A stretch of DNA of 64,000 nucleotides from Pseudomonadota bacterium (lineage in GTDB: Bacteria > Bdellovibrionota > Bdellovibrionia > Bdellovibrionales > Bdellovibrionaceae), in contig JBEGVH010000030.1 in NCBI GenBank assembly GCA_041178425.1, forward strand, positions 224,001-288,000, written 5' to 3'. The position numbers and the translations under genes were made by a program. The notes under the pieces are model-generated. The model did not search any database, had not been told where the DNA came from, and saw only the letters and a list, made by a program, of their open reading frames with translations. This document shows, one piece after another, positions 19,287 to 29,897 of the stretch. Position 1 is the stretch's first letter. Each line of letters starts with the position of its first letter.

Positions 19287-20018
19287 CTAGGGATGGTTAC
19301 GCAGCCTGACAAGCACTTTCTTAGAGAAATTTGCATCAATGACGCGACTTTCAAGACCTCGGATTTGAAGATATTCGAGAACCTGGGCCACACGAAGCGA
19401 CTTAACTTCAAAATTATCCGAACCAAATCGAACTTGTTGAGCAGACTTGACCAAGGTTAGTAGAAACCCATCGATATCATTAAATTGAATCTCAGACACT
19501 TGCTGTGCCGACATTGGACCTTTGTCTGGGAGTTGCTTCAATAGCGAGAGCACTCCCTCCTTCATGATCGGCTTCTGAGTCACCCAATCGCCCTTGAGCC
19601 AAGGTAATCGTGGAAGTCGAGACCATTTTGTTGGACCAATCCATCGCCCATCTTCTGCAAGAACTTTATATTTGCCATCGGTCTCTTGGTGAATGGCTTT
19701 CAACGTGGGAAGTGAGTATTGAACATCAAGGCTGTGGGGCCATGACTTTTTTACCTGAACATCCTTCAGTAGCGAAAAGGCAGATAGTTTTCTTTGTACA
19801 TCCGCTAATGACACTTTCCAAAGTGAAGCGCCTTGATAAGCTCTCAAAGTTTTCTCAACTTCATTGGTTAAGTCGTTCCACGCCAATCGATCGGGTTCAT
19901 TCATCGTTACCTGAATATTAACCTGATCGACGGTAAAGAGAGTTTCATCTTTGATTATTGCAAAGACGGCAATGGCCACAAGAGATAATGCAAGTATTCG
20001 TCCAATTATAACCTTCAT
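19287..20018 (-). CDS. ftsQ: Cell division protein FtsQ/DivIB
   Basis: N-terminal TM, POTRA-like VQVKKSWPHSLDV, position before ftsA. Confidence 0.82.
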   Translation of the reverse strand: MKVIIGRILALSLVAIAVFAIIKDETLFTVDQVNIQVTMNEPDRLAWNDLTNEVEKTLRAYQGASLWKVSLADVQRKLSAFSLLKDVQVKKSWPHSLDVQYSLPTLKAIHQETDGKYKVLAEDGRWIGPTKWSRLPRLPWLKGDWVTQKPIMKEGVLSLLKQLPDKGPMSAQQVSEIQFNDIDGFLLTLVKSAQQVRFGSDNFEVKSLRVAQVLEYLQIRGLESRVIDANFSKKVLVRLRNHP

Positions 20019-20094
20019 ACCTACAGAATACCGGGACCTATCGCTCGTGAAAAATCATTTGTGTAACTTTAGTCTGAGTCCTGGACTTAAGATC

Positions 20095-21447
20095 TTATTT
20101 TGCTTCGAGCAATTTGAGCAGATCCATTCCAAATTTCCAACCATCGCCGGCACCAAGAGTTAACAGTATATCGCCCGACTGAACCCTGTTGATGAGGTGC
20201 TTGGCCGATTCCTCTGAGCGAGTAAATGGCTGACAGTGGGCATGATTAATCTCTTCTGCAAGTTTTTGGCTACTGATTCCTGGAATCGGTAATTCACCCG
20301 CCGCATAGATATCAAGGAGCAGAACCTCATCGGCCAAAGTAAAACAGCTCAAGAACTCATTCCAACAGTGCTGAGTTCGAGAAAAACGATGAGGCTGAAA
20401 CAAAACAATTAATTTATTCTGTGGAAATTTTTCTTTAAAGGCCTGAAGTACAGCTCGCACCTCTGTAGGATGATGACCGTAATCATCATAAACCTTAACC
20501 CCTTGGGATTCGCCCTTAAAGTGAAAACGTCGATCAACACCCGTAAAGTGCGATATGCCACGCGCACAGACATCAAAATCAATTCCAGCCACTAGGCCCG
20601 CAAGAATTGAAGCTGTTGCATTGAGGGCATTATGAATTCCAGGAACGTTAATCGAAAAACGACCGAGATTCTTTCCGTGCTTGATAAGTTCGTAATTGCC
20701 CCTTTCGCCTTTAATGACCACATCGTTTGATTCCTGAAACCCATAAAAAACAACTCGCTTAGGAAAGTTTTTAAAGGTCTCTCGCACCGAAGGGTCATCA
20801 CCACAGGCGATGAGCTCACCGTAGAAAGGGATTTTTAAAGAAAAATCGTAAAAAGCTCGTTCGATGTTTTCAAAGGTTTTATAATAGTCGAGGTGATCGG
20901 CATCGATATTAGTGACAATGGCCACTTCTGGAGCAAGCTTCGCAAAACTTCCGTCACTTTCATCGGCCTCCGCCACAATCCATTCGCCCTGCCCTAAGAG
21001 AGCCGTCGACTGGATCCGTTCGAAACGCCCCCCAACAACGATGGTTGGACTCGCCTCTGCCTCTAAAAAAATAGATGCTACCATACTCGTGGTTGTTGTT
21101 TTTCCATGAGTTCCAGCAACAGCCAGGCCACGCTTAAAGCGCATAATTTCCGCCAAAGCCTCTGCCCTTGGAATTAGGGGAATTAATTTGGCACGAGCTG
21201 CGGCGATTTCTGGATTTTGAAAATTAATCGCACTTGAATAAACAACGACTTCCGCATCACCAATATTGTCGGCGTGATGCCCCTTGAAGATTGGCACCCC
21301 TAGATTTTTAAGTCTCTCCGTATTTGCATTCTCGGCAAGATCGCTGCCTGTCACATGGGCTCCCATATTTTTAAGGAGCTCAGCAAGGCCACACATTCCA
21401 ATTCCACCAATTCCAACAAAATGAAAGCGACTTGTTTTTAATCTCAT
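20095..21447 (-). CDS. murC: UDP-N-acetylmuramate--L-alanine ligase
   Basis: HFVGIGGIGM, GTHGKTTT, EADESDGSF and DDYGHHPTE motifs. Confidence 0.97.
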   Translation of the reverse strand: MRLKTSRFHFVGIGGIGMCGLAELLKNMGAHVTGSDLAENANTERLKNLGVPIFKGHHADNIGDAEVVVYSSAINFQNPEIAAARAKLIPLIPRAEALAEIMRFKRGLAVAGTHGKTTTTSMVASIFLEAEASPTIVVGGRFERIQSTALLGQGEWIVAEADESDGSFAKLAPEVAIVTNIDADHLDYYKTFENIERAFYDFSLKIPFYGELIACGDDPSVRETFKNFPKRVVFYGFQESNDVVIKGERGNYELIKHGKNLGRFSINVPGIHNALNATASILAGLVAGIDFDVCARGISHFTGVDRRFHFKGESQGVKVYDDYGHHPTEVRAVLQAFKEKFPQNKLIVLFQPHRFSRTQHCWNEFLSCFTLADEVLLLDIYAAGELPIPGISSQKLAEEINHAHCQPFTRSEESAKHLINRVQSGDILLTLGAGDGWKFGMDLLKLLEAK

Positions 21448-21462
21448 AAATTTCTCAACTTT

Positions 21463-22539
21463 CTAAAATGCATTAACCAATAATTTTGCAATCACTTCAG
21501 CAGCCTGTGGCTGATGAAGTGATCGGGCATTTTGCGACATCTTAGTTAACACTTCAGGGTTCTTTTGCAAATCTGTTAGTATTTCATTCAAGCGTTGCGC
21601 CGTTAGATCTTTTTGCTCTAACAAAATAGCAGCCTGATGCTCAACCATAGCAAGGGCGTTTTTTCTTTGATGGTCGTCAGCGGCAGTTGGCAGTGGAACC
21701 AACACGGCCGGCTTTCCGGCGGCACAAAGCTCCGCAATTGTACTCGCCCCTGACCGACAAATCACAACGTCCGCCCAGCTGTAGTATTGGTCCATTTCGA
21801 AAAGGTACTCAAAAGCACTAACCTCAAAGACAGACTTTTCGTAGCTTTCTTTGATTCTAGAATAGTCTGTCACACCCGTTTGATGAATCAGCTTGCCTTT
21901 GTGTAACCAACTCATTTCGGTGGTCACCGTTTTTTCAAGGGCCTCATTGATGGCCTTCGCGCCCTGACTTCCTCCAAAGCTCAACACATGAAACTCTGAA
22001 TCAGCGGGCCTCGAAGCTACTGATTCGAGCTCTTTTCTAATAGGTAGCCCGACGAGAACAATTTCCGTGGATTGAAGATATTTTTTTGCACTTTCGAAAA
22101 CAATGAAAGATCGTGGCACTATTCGCGATAGCCAGCGATTTGCAAGACCAGGGTGAGCGTTGGGCTCCCAAATAGACGTCGGAATTTTCATTAAAGCTGC
22201 CGCCAAAACAAGTGGCCCCGAAGCGTATCCACCAACACCCAGCACCCCGACGGGCTTCAGTCTGCGCAAAAGGACAAAGGCTTGCACCAGACCCACGAAT
22301 ACCCTAAGCAACCCCATAAGCTTGCCAAAGGCAGATCCTTTATAATTGAGTTTGCCGGCCGACAAAATATGTAAGGGAAAACCTTCTCGAGGAACAATCT
22401 TAGTCTCTAAGCCCATAAGAGAGCCTACGAATTCAACCTCTACGTTCTTATCAAGAGTTTCGATGGCGCGAGCAATAGCGACTCCAGGGTATATATGCCC
22501 CCCCGTTCCGCCTCCAGCCACAAGAAATTTTTTCTTCAT
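21463..22539 (-). CDS. murG: Lipid II GlcNAc transferase MurG
   Basis: GGGTGGHIYPG, GGSQGA and RSGASTIAE motifs; probable start ATG 22539. Confidence 0.96.
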   Translation of the reverse strand: MKKKFLVAGGGTGGHIYPGVAIARAIETLDKNVEVEFVGSLMGLETKIVPREGFPLHILSAGKLNYKGSAFGKLMGLLRVFVGLVQAFVLLRRLKPVGVLGVGGYASGPLVLAAALMKIPTSIWEPNAHPGLANRWLSRIVPRSFIVFESAKKYLQSTEIVLVGLPIRKELESVASRPADSEFHVLSFGGSQGAKAINEALEKTVTTEMSWLHKGKLIHQTGVTDYSRIKESYEKSVFEVSAFEYLFEMDQYYSWADVVICRSGASTIAELCAAGKPAVLVPLPTAADDHQRKNALAMVEHQAAILLEQKDLTAQRLNEILTDLQKNPEVLTKMSQNARSLHQPQAAEVIAKLLVNAF

Positions 22540-22620
22540 ATAATCGTTCCTCTTTGTAAGAAGCTCTAACACACACTTGCTAACCAATTAAAGAAGTTTG
22601 TCCTTATAAAGAACGGTTAT

Positions 22621-23712
22621 TTATTGAGCCGTGGCTGCTTGCCGCCCGAGGTTGAGAATCCAACCAAAGGCCAAGCAATAACAAAGCAAGCTACTACCAC
22701 CATAACTTAGAAAAGGCAGTGTTAGCCCCTTCGTTGGCAACATCCCTAAAACAACTGCCATATTAAACAAGCTGTTGAGACCAAAAAGAAAGGTGATCCC
22801 TAAGACAATGAGGCGGTTTTGAATATCTTGAATCGCCAAAGCAATTTGAAGGCTTCTTAAAAAAACAAAGCCATAAATTAAAAACAGAATGGCAATACCC
22901 AAGAATCCTGTTTCTTCGGCAAAGACCGCTAGTGTAAAATCGGTGTGAGCCTCTGGTAAAAAGAAGAGTTTTCCTTGGCCAGCGCCAAGACCCTGACCCC
23001 AAAAACCACCATTACGAACACTGAGTAAACTTTGAATGAGCTGAAACCCAGAATTCGCCGGATCAGCCCAAGGATTCATAAAGGCCACCACCCGAGCTAA
23101 ACGGTATGGGTATTTAATAATAAGAACACTAAATAAGGGGATGATGATTCCTGCCATCAGAGCGAAATGCTTCCACGAAAAACCAATCGCAAACAACAAA
23201 AGTAACACAACAAAGATTATCAATGCGAAGGAGCCAAAATCGGGTTGCAAAAGAAGCAACCCAAGGGGCGATAACCAAAGCAGCCACGCCGAGCGACGCC
23301 GAGACCAATGCTCATCTTCTTGCCAATGCGCATAGATGTAACTGAAAGCCCACGGCACTAAGATTTTTATAAGTTCGCTTGGTTCAAACCGTATAAAGTG
23401 AAGATCAATCCACCTTCGCGCACCACCCACCTTAACGCCAATGCCCGGAACGAAAGTAAAAAGTAGAGCTAAAACCCCAAGCCCCCAAAGCCCAACCAAG
23501 ATTTTATTCCAGTAGCGCCAAGGCATCAATGCAGCCACTCCAAGAACTAGTAGTCCTATCGACATAGCAATACTTTGCTTTAAAACAAAGTGTAGCCCAT
23601 CTCTGTACATCTCAGCCGCGAAAATATAGCTCGACGAATACACTTGAACGATTCCAAGGCCCAATAGGGACACAAGGGCCAATAAGAGGGCCTGATCCAA
23701 TCCTCGACTCAA
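22621..23712 (-). CDS. ftsW: SEDS peptidoglycan glycosyltransferase FtsW
   Basis: GARRWI, EPSELIK, QPDFG, LPEAHTDF and LPFLSYGGSS motifs; directly upstream of murG. Confidence 0.94.
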   Translation of the reverse strand: MSRGLDQALLLALVSLLGLGIVQVYSSSYIFAAEMYRDGLHFVLKQSIAMSIGLLVLGVAALMPWRYWNKILVGLWGLGVLALLFTFVPGIGVKVGGARRWIDLHFIRFEPSELIKILVPWAFSYIYAHWQEDEHWSRRRSAWLLWLSPLGLLLLQPDFGSFALIIFVVLLLLFAIGFSWKHFALMAGIIIPLFSVLIIKYPYRLARVVAFMNPWADPANSGFQLIQSLLSVRNGGFWGQGLGAGQGKLFFLPEAHTDFTLAVFAEETGFLGIAILFLIYGFVFLRSLQIALAIQDIQNRLIVLGITFLFGLNSLFNMAVVLGMLPTKGLTLPFLSYGGSSLLCYCLAFGWILNLGRQAATAQ

Positions 23713-23723
23713 TGGAATACTCC

Positions 23724-24113
23724 TTATTTTGCGGAGGAATCTTTAGATTTATCTTCTTTTGCTGGCGCTGGTGCTGATGCTGGGGCCGCGGGCTGAGCCG
23801 AAGGAGCCACAGGAGCAGTATCTACGTGAGCTTCCACGCCCTCGGAATTGCAGCAATAGAGCACTCCCGGATTTTCACTGACTCTTTTATGGCTTGTAAT
23901 AGAAAAAGGCTTTGAAGCATCACATTTTTTAGCTAACCGAAGATTTAACTCGACATCAACATCGTTGAAATCAGACTCACTAACAAAGTCACAGAAGACT
24001 CCCTTCGACTGCACTAATCTCTCTCGCTCCTGACGACGAGCTTTATGTGAGCTTGAGCAACCGCTGAGAACTATACCAAAAAGAAGGCCAATGGATGTGA
24101 TTTTTTTCAACAT
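23724..24113 (-). CDS. Small Cys-containing lipoprotein with Ala/Pro tail
   Basis: AGGAGA RBS before ATG 24113; lipobox LSGC; 11 bp from ftsW. Confidence 0.75.
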   Translation of the reverse strand: MLKKITSIGLLFGIVLSGCSSSHKARRQERERLVQSKGVFCDFVSESDFNDVDVELNLRLAKKCDASKPFSITSHKRVSENPGVLYCCNSEGVEAHVDTAPVAPSAQPAAPASAPAPAKEDKSKDSSAK

Positions 24114-24356
24114 ATGAGTGTCTCCTGATACGAAGATTTTAAAAATCCTCAAAGGTCCGGGCAAAGGAAAAAAGCCCCGGTACTGGCCAATAGATCTTAA
24201 CTAGCCCTTGGTCGCTTGCTAACCATGACTTAGGTCTTGGTCTTCCAATGATACCCCTCCACAATCAAAACCTTAAGGAGCCTTTAAATATCCCACTTTT
24301 TTCATATTTATCGGCAGACAGTTGCCCAAGAACCCGAGTTATGGGAAGAAAGGGCC

Positions 24357-25331
24357 ATGAAAAATGCATTGATAGATCAAATTCAGGCCATCAAGAAGAA
24401 AAAGAACGCCACAATCCTAGCCCACTACTATGAAGAGGGCGTGATTCAAGATATTGCTGATCATGTTGGTGACAGTTTCTACTTAGCACAAAAAGGACAG
24501 CAATCCGAAGCTCCTATCATCTTGTTGGCGGGCGTGGTTTTTATGGCCGAATCCGTGAAGATTTTAAATCCGTCAAAAAAAGTCATCGTACCCACTCTCG
24601 ACGCCGGCTGCTCGTTGGTCACAGAATCTCCCTATGCCGCTTACCTCCGATGGCGGCTAGAGCATCCCAATGCCATCGCCGTTACTTATATCAACTCGAG
24701 CGCAGAGGTAAAAGCCATCTCCGACGTAATAGTAACCTCGAGCAATGCGGCTAAAATTCTCGATGCCATCCCTAAAGATCGAGAAATTCTTTTTGGGCCC
24801 GATCAAAACTTGGGCCGCTATCTGAGCAAAAAACTCAACCGCCCCATGATCCTTTGGCCGGGCGCTTGCGAAGTTCATGTTCTTTTCTCAAGTAAAAAAC
24901 TTTTTGCACTAACTCAAGATCATCCAGATGCTATTGTTGTTGCTCATCCAGAATGTGATCCGGCGGTTCTCCAGTACGCCCACGTGATTGGCTCGACCTC
25001 ACGCCTTCTTGAAGAGGTGCAAAAAAACCCGGCAAAAAAATTCATTGTGGCCACCGAAACCGGCATTCTCCATCAAATGCGTAAATCGCGACCCGAGATC
25101 GAATTGATTCAAGCACCTGCCGAGGGAAGCTGTGGGTGCAACGACTGTCCCTTCATGAAATTAAATACGCTCGAAAATATTTTGCACGCTTTAAAGAATG
25201 AGACACCAGAGGTAAGTCTATCGCCAGCGCTTATGGAGAAAGCCGCCGTTTCACTCAACCGAATGATGGCTATCACCTCCGGCGAGCCAGTTAACTGGCC
25301 CGAAAGGTTTGTGGCACCGACTGGGTTATAG
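24357..25331 (+). CDS. nadA: Quinolinate synthase
   Basis: ILAHYY, VGDS, AGCSL, YINSSAEVKA, CEVH, HPEC and CPFMK motifs. Confidence 0.96.
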   Translation: MKNALIDQIQAIKKKKNATILAHYYEEGVIQDIADHVGDSFYLAQKGQQSEAPIILLAGVVFMAESVKILNPSKKVIVPTLDAGCSLVTESPYAAYLRWRLEHPNAIAVTYINSSAEVKAISDVIVTSSNAAKILDAIPKDREILFGPDQNLGRYLSKKLNRPMILWPGACEVHVLFSSKKLFALTQDHPDAIVVAHPECDPAVLQYAHVIGSTSRLLEEVQKNPAKKFIVATETGILHQMRKSRPEIELIQAPAEGSCGCNDCPFMKLNTLENILHALKNETPEVSLSPALMEKAAVSLNRMMAITSGEPVNWPERFVAPTGL

Positions 25332-25458
25332 AAAATAAAAAAATACCTTCGTTTCATTTTCATTCGTACAATTAAGAAGTGAAGGATTTCGCGTCCCATC
25401 TTAGTACACTCACAAGGGCGATCCAGAATTCGCCCCCTAAGGGTGATACCCTAAGACC

Positions 25459-27888
25459 ATGACAAGTGCTGCCCGAAAAAGAGAGCCCATCGAATTCCTT
25501 CGTCAAGACCTTCTAAAGGCTTGCGAAGGTACTCTTTTTGAAGTCCACCATGGCCCCCCCCCGTTTTGGAATAGTGATCTCGATGGCAAACTCGAAATCT
25601 ATCTTGCACAAAAACCTCGAGTGGCATTTACCACTTGTCCTATCTGTGGCCATCACCTAGAAGCTCCTAAAAATCCAGAAGAGTTTCATGACCCGTGGTG
25701 GATCTATCCACAAAGGGGATTTCACGAGGCATCAACGTGTTCGCACTTTGAACTACTGACCTTTTCGATTTTGTGGAACCATTCAGAGCCCTTTGCGCCA
25801 CCCTGGCTTATTCCGTGCGGATGGGGCACTCCCGCCATGGCCGAAGTTCTTAGTCAGAACGAAAATTTACTGATGTCTCTCAAGGTAGAGCATCTACCTA
25901 ACGGTGCCACCATCTTTTGGACGGGTCTGTATCGAAGGCAACCCGGCATTCCACTCCCTGCTGATTTCTGGCCACTTCCTGTGTTAAAGGCAAGAACGGC
26001 CATCAACCCGAGCCTAAACAGTCGAGGATTTTGGGGAGAGTTTGTACCAATCTCCACCCATACTCCATTTATTTGGTCGCAATTATTCCTACACCAAGCA
26101 GACGGAAAACTCATTAGTTATGAGACGGAACAAGACACAGATATCTGGCTTCCAAAATTAAGAAACTGGAACAAGCTAGCCTATAATCAACCTATGAAAA
26201 TGTACAAAGACCGCTTTGTAACTGAGAGTGGATTTGCCTCTTTTGCCATAGGCATGCGATCAACCAGAACCAAGGGGGCTCTTTTTATTTCTCAAACTCC
26301 TATTGCTTGTCCGAATCCGGTTCTTCCCATGTTGGCGGTTGCACCAATGAAAGAATCGAGCTTGCGACCTGTTATTCAGCCTCTCAACCAAGAACAAATT
26401 CAGGATCTCTCGCAGACTGAAACCCTATGGGCCGTCGTAGACCCTTTTCAAAACGAGGCCGTTCAAGACTGGCTACGACTCATTCGAAGAAATAGCGCAA
26501 ACAAAGTGTTATCGCTCTGGAGTGAAAGTGAAATTGGAGAAAGCTGGAAACTAACAGCCGACGCCTCACAGTCTGCTACGATTAAACAAGATAACTTAAC
26601 CGATTATTATCGCGATCTCTCTCCTTTGATTATTCACATAACCCCAGATGTTTTTGAGTTGAGTCGTCGCTACCCCTTAGGTTCACAATCTTGGGGTATG
26701 TTTTTTCTGAGTGAGGCTCAACCCAATGATATCCATTATTTTCTTCGACAGCGTCTTGTGTGCCACTATCAAACACATTGGATCTATTTTCGTTTTTTCG
26801 AGGTAAACTTTCTCTCAGCCGCACTTTCGTTATTGAATAACGAAGATCTAAAATTTTTCTATGGCCCCATCGAGGGCTGGATCATTCGTCACCCCTCAGA
26901 AAACTCATACACCCTCTACTCTCATACTGGCATAGGAAAAAATGGGGATTGGCAGTTTTCGCACGGCTTTTCGCACTTACCCAGACAAGTTCATGAAACA
27001 GCGCAAAGAGTCTTTCAGACCGAACTCCCTCGACGAATCAAAGAGTTTATCAAAGATCGAACTCCTGAATTTGCCGACCTCATTCCGATCTCAGTGATCG
27101 ATCGCTGGGTGAGAGATTCTGTTCGACAAGCAAACTCTTGGGGAATAAAAAAAGAGACTCACCTCATTAAGTTTTTTCTCTGGAAGGTGCTCATCACTCC
27201 CACGTGGTGTCATCTAAGCCCGTTTGTTCGACTTCTACAACAGCCGGTAGCAGAGGAAGTGAAAATACAAAACATCGAAAATCTTTTTCCTCAACTTCGG
27301 GCCTCCGAAATACCTAGAGGTCTTGCTATTGAATCGTGGGACGCGGAACTCTGGACAGAACTCCGAAAACACAACTCACCCCTTGCTAATGCGGATCCGG
27401 AGGCGTTTCATCCCTTGCTAGGAGAACGCCCGCCCGCGATGCCACTCAATAATCCAAAGTGGCTCAAGGCGCTTGGGCTTTTTTATGAAAGTGCCTATGC
27501 TGATCTTTTTTCTCAATCGGGAGTGAAGCTACTCAATTCGGCCATGGTGAGCGAAGTTCAGCGCCCACTCCATGCACCACCGCGACTTATCTCATTGAGT
27601 TCAACAGAACTTGTTGTACGTGATGAGGGCACTCGAACAAAACCCTGGTTGAAGCAGCACGGGTTTGAAGGTATTTCTTCGACCCAAGGTCATTGGATCC
27701 ACCGGTCGTCAAATCCTCAAGCCATCCTTATGCTGGCTAGACAATTTCTTGAAGAATTTCCTTATCTCGAAAACAGATATATTTTTGACTTCTTAAGCGC
27801 AGAGGATCGCCAGGCCCTTTCGGCTGATTTAGAAATCTATTCAGTTATTTGGGACGCCCATAATTTTTGGAGCCTTCATAAAATATAG
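25459..27888 (+). CDS. Multidomain protein: N-terminal CPICG Zn-ribbon-like region plus central DUF4123-like domain
   Basis: Long ORF. LWAVVDP...SPLIIHI...SWGMFFLS...YFRFFE...FFYGPIEGW resembles the DUF4123 pattern, judged by eye. Confidence 0.6.
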   Translation: MTSAARKREPIEFLRQDLLKACEGTLFEVHHGPPPFWNSDLDGKLEIYLAQKPRVAFTTCPICGHHLEAPKNPEEFHDPWWIYPQRGFHEASTCSHFELLTFSILWNHSEPFAPPWLIPCGWGTPAMAEVLSQNENLLMSLKVEHLPNGATIFWTGLYRRQPGIPLPADFWPLPVLKARTAINPSLNSRGFWGEFVPISTHTPFIWSQLFLHQADGKLISYETEQDTDIWLPKLRNWNKLAYNQPMKMYKDRFVTESGFASFAIGMRSTRTKGALFISQTPIACPNPVLPMLAVAPMKESSLRPVIQPLNQEQIQDLSQTETLWAVVDPFQNEAVQDWLRLIRRNSANKVLSLWSESEIGESWKLTADASQSATIKQDNLTDYYRDLSPLIIHITPDVFELSRRYPLGSQSWGMFFLSEAQPNDIHYFLRQRLVCHYQTHWIYFRFFEVNFLSAALSLLNNEDLKFFYGPIEGWIIRHPSENSYTLYSHTGIGKNGDWQFSHGFSHLPRQVHETAQRVFQTELPRRIKEFIKDRTPEFADLIPISVIDRWVRDSVRQANSWGIKKETHLIKFFLWKVLITPTWCHLSPFVRLLQQPVAEEVKIQNIENLFPQLRASEIPRGLAIESWDAELWTELRKHNSPLANADPEAFHPLLGERPPAMPLNNPKWLKALGLFYESAYADLFSQSGVKLLNSAMVSEVQRPLHAPPRLISLSSTELVVRDEGTRTKPWLKQHGFEGISSTQGHWIHRSSNPQAILMLARQFLEEFPYLENRYIFDFLSAEDRQALSADLEIYSVIWDAHNFWSLHKI

Positions 27889-27917
27889 TTCTTCAAAAAA
27901 TACGTCTTTGGCTTACT

Positions 27918-28598
27918 TTATACCCGCGCCTCAAGGTACTTGCGAACCTCCGAAAGTACCGGCGGTGGAATTTCGTGTCCACCGGCGAATCTCTGAAGTC
28001 GCCCCTTCATTCCCCCCTGGGTGAGAATAGTTTCGAGTTTTTGTGAACCTCTAATAGACAAGACCTGATCACTTTCACCGTGCGAGAGGAAGAACGCTTT
28101 TCCTGCTCGGCTTTTTGCTTTTTCTCGCCATTGATCGGCATGCAAACAAGTTCCCGAAAGAATGACCAATCCCAGTGGTGACTCGGGAGCATTCAAATAT
28201 AACTCAGTCGCCAACATGGCTCCCTGACTAAATCCACCTAAAATTATTTTGTTCCAAGGGACTTTGAGCGCCGCCAACATCTCAGAGGCTTTTTTAAAAG
28301 CAACATCAAGTCCTTGCGGTGTTGATTGACTTAAATCTCTAGGTACACCCGTTATTTGAGCTTGCTGGAGTTCTACCATGTTGACCGGCCACCATGCACG
28401 CCCCGTCCAATTTCCTCCGATAGGGACTTCAAGAAAACCCTCAGGAAAAAGCCAGTTACAATCTTTTTGCAATGCGATCTCTTGAGACAAAGGATAGAGA
28501 TCACCAGCGTCGGCCCCGTAACCATGAAAGAAGACGATCCATGGTGCTTCATCGTTTTTAATATCGTCAATACACTTTAAACTACCAAGTTTTCTCAT
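27918..28598 (-). CDS. Phospholipase/carboxylesterase (alpha/beta hydrolase)
   Basis: FHGYGA, GGFSQGAM, HGESDQVL and GGHEI motifs. Confidence 0.92.
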   Translation of the reverse strand: MRKLGSLKCIDDIKNDEAPWIVFFHGYGADAGDLYPLSQEIALQKDCNWLFPEGFLEVPIGGNWTGRAWWPVNMVELQQAQITGVPRDLSQSTPQGLDVAFKKASEMLAALKVPWNKIILGGFSQGAMLATELYLNAPESPLGLVILSGTCLHADQWREKAKSRAGKAFFLSHGESDQVLSIRGSQKLETILTQGGMKGRLQRFAGGHEIPPPVLSEVRKYLEARV

Positions 28599-28656
28599 GG
28601 AGGACCCCCCGCTAATAAATTAGTATTTAGAGGAAAGAGGCTTAATAAGCCAGCGA

Positions 28657-29880
28657 TTAAAATGATCTTTCACCGAGAAAGATTTTTTTACCAGACTTAA
28701 CGGTTAGAGTGGTCTCCGGGCGATCCGCATGAAGGCGGATCTTGTAGTCACCCGCGGGAATATTGGCTCGGTAAATAATAAAATTTTTGGGAAGAGTCGA
28801 CCACTGCCGAAGATCTGCTCGATCCGCAGCATACATAGCAATGAGGGCAAGATCGCCAAGAAGTTGGTTTTCTCTGCGAATTCTCTCGGCCACAAGTTCC
28901 TTAGCAATCACGCCACCTAGGCGTCTGGCCACTAGTGCCGCATATTGATCTTCTAAACTTTGAACGGCCACCTGATCAACGTTGAACAAAACTTCGTTTC
29001 CACTAAATAGAATGGGAGCAGATTCGATTTTGTTTTTGAGTTGGAACAACTCCGGAGCATCATTGGTTCGCACTGACCAGATCGGATACATGGCTGGATA
29101 TCGCATATTGTCTCTGCGAAATCCTTTTCGAGGCCCCCATCCCTGCTGATAAATCACAATGACTTCGCCCCTAGTTCTATCGGTCCATTCGGGCTTCTCA
29201 ACAACGTCAGGAAACATTAACTTCCACTTTTTTACCGCATCGAAGCGGCGCGCTCGCAAATTTGAACGGATAATATCCTCTCTCAACGGAGGATAATCGG
29301 GGTTAACGGCGTAAACTTGTTCGTAGGCGATAGCAGCATCATCCCAGTTTTGGTTGGCCTCGTAAATAATTGCAGATAAGTAGAGCGCCAGGGGATTATC
29401 AGTAAAATTTCTCTTTGCTTCTAGGCGAAATCGCCTTAACTTTTCATTCAGCCGTCGAACCTCAACCATGGCATTTTCGAGATCACCCAAATTGAGATAA
29501 TTAATCGCTGCCATCGCATTGATGAGAACGACTTCGTAATCCTCACCTTTATACTGAACCATCTCCTCGCTGGTCAGAAGAGACCCAGTTTCTAGACTCA
29601 AAGAGGTGTAGTCTTGAATATCGGCGAATTTATCGGCGATAAGAAAGTATTTATTACTTTCTTTGTAATCACCTGAAACCTGAAGGGCCGTGGCATAATC
29701 AAGAAGATAAATGAGCTGATCTTTGCTCGGCTCATCAGCCAGCTTTTTCAGCTGACTGAGAGCTTCACTAAAGCGACCATCCTCCAACAAAGAACGAGCA
29801 TGATCGACCTTGCCCTGGTAGGTGGCACAGGCAACTAAGAAGAGAAAAAAGAAGCAAAGTATAAGCCGAAAAAACTGCAT
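28657..29880 (-). CDS. COG3014-type TPR lipoprotein
   Basis: Lipobox LVAC, YKGEDYE, AMVEVRR and ADLRQWSTLP motifs. Confidence 0.82.
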   Translation of the reverse strand: MQFFRLILCFFFLFLVACATYQGKVDHARSLLEDGRFSEALSQLKKLADEPSKDQLIYLLDYATALQVSGDYKESNKYFLIADKFADIQDYTSLSLETGSLLTSEEMVQYKGEDYEVVLINAMAAINYLNLGDLENAMVEVRRLNEKLRRFRLEAKRNFTDNPLALYLSAIIYEANQNWDDAAIAYEQVYAVNPDYPPLREDIIRSNLRARRFDAVKKWKLMFPDVVEKPEWTDRTRGEVIVIYQQGWGPRKGFRRDNMRYPAMYPIWSVRTNDAPELFQLKNKIESAPILFSGNEVLFNVDQVAVQSLEDQYAALVARRLGGVIAKELVAERIRRENQLLGDLALIAMYAADRADLRQWSTLPKNFIIYRANIPAGDYKIRLHADRPETTLTVKSGKKIFLGERSF

Positions 29881-29897
29881 TCAACCGTTCATCAAAA

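Noticed and set aside
24114..24356. NAD riboswitch or NadR/NrtR site upstream of nadA
   Set aside because: No convincing structure or palindrome was seen.
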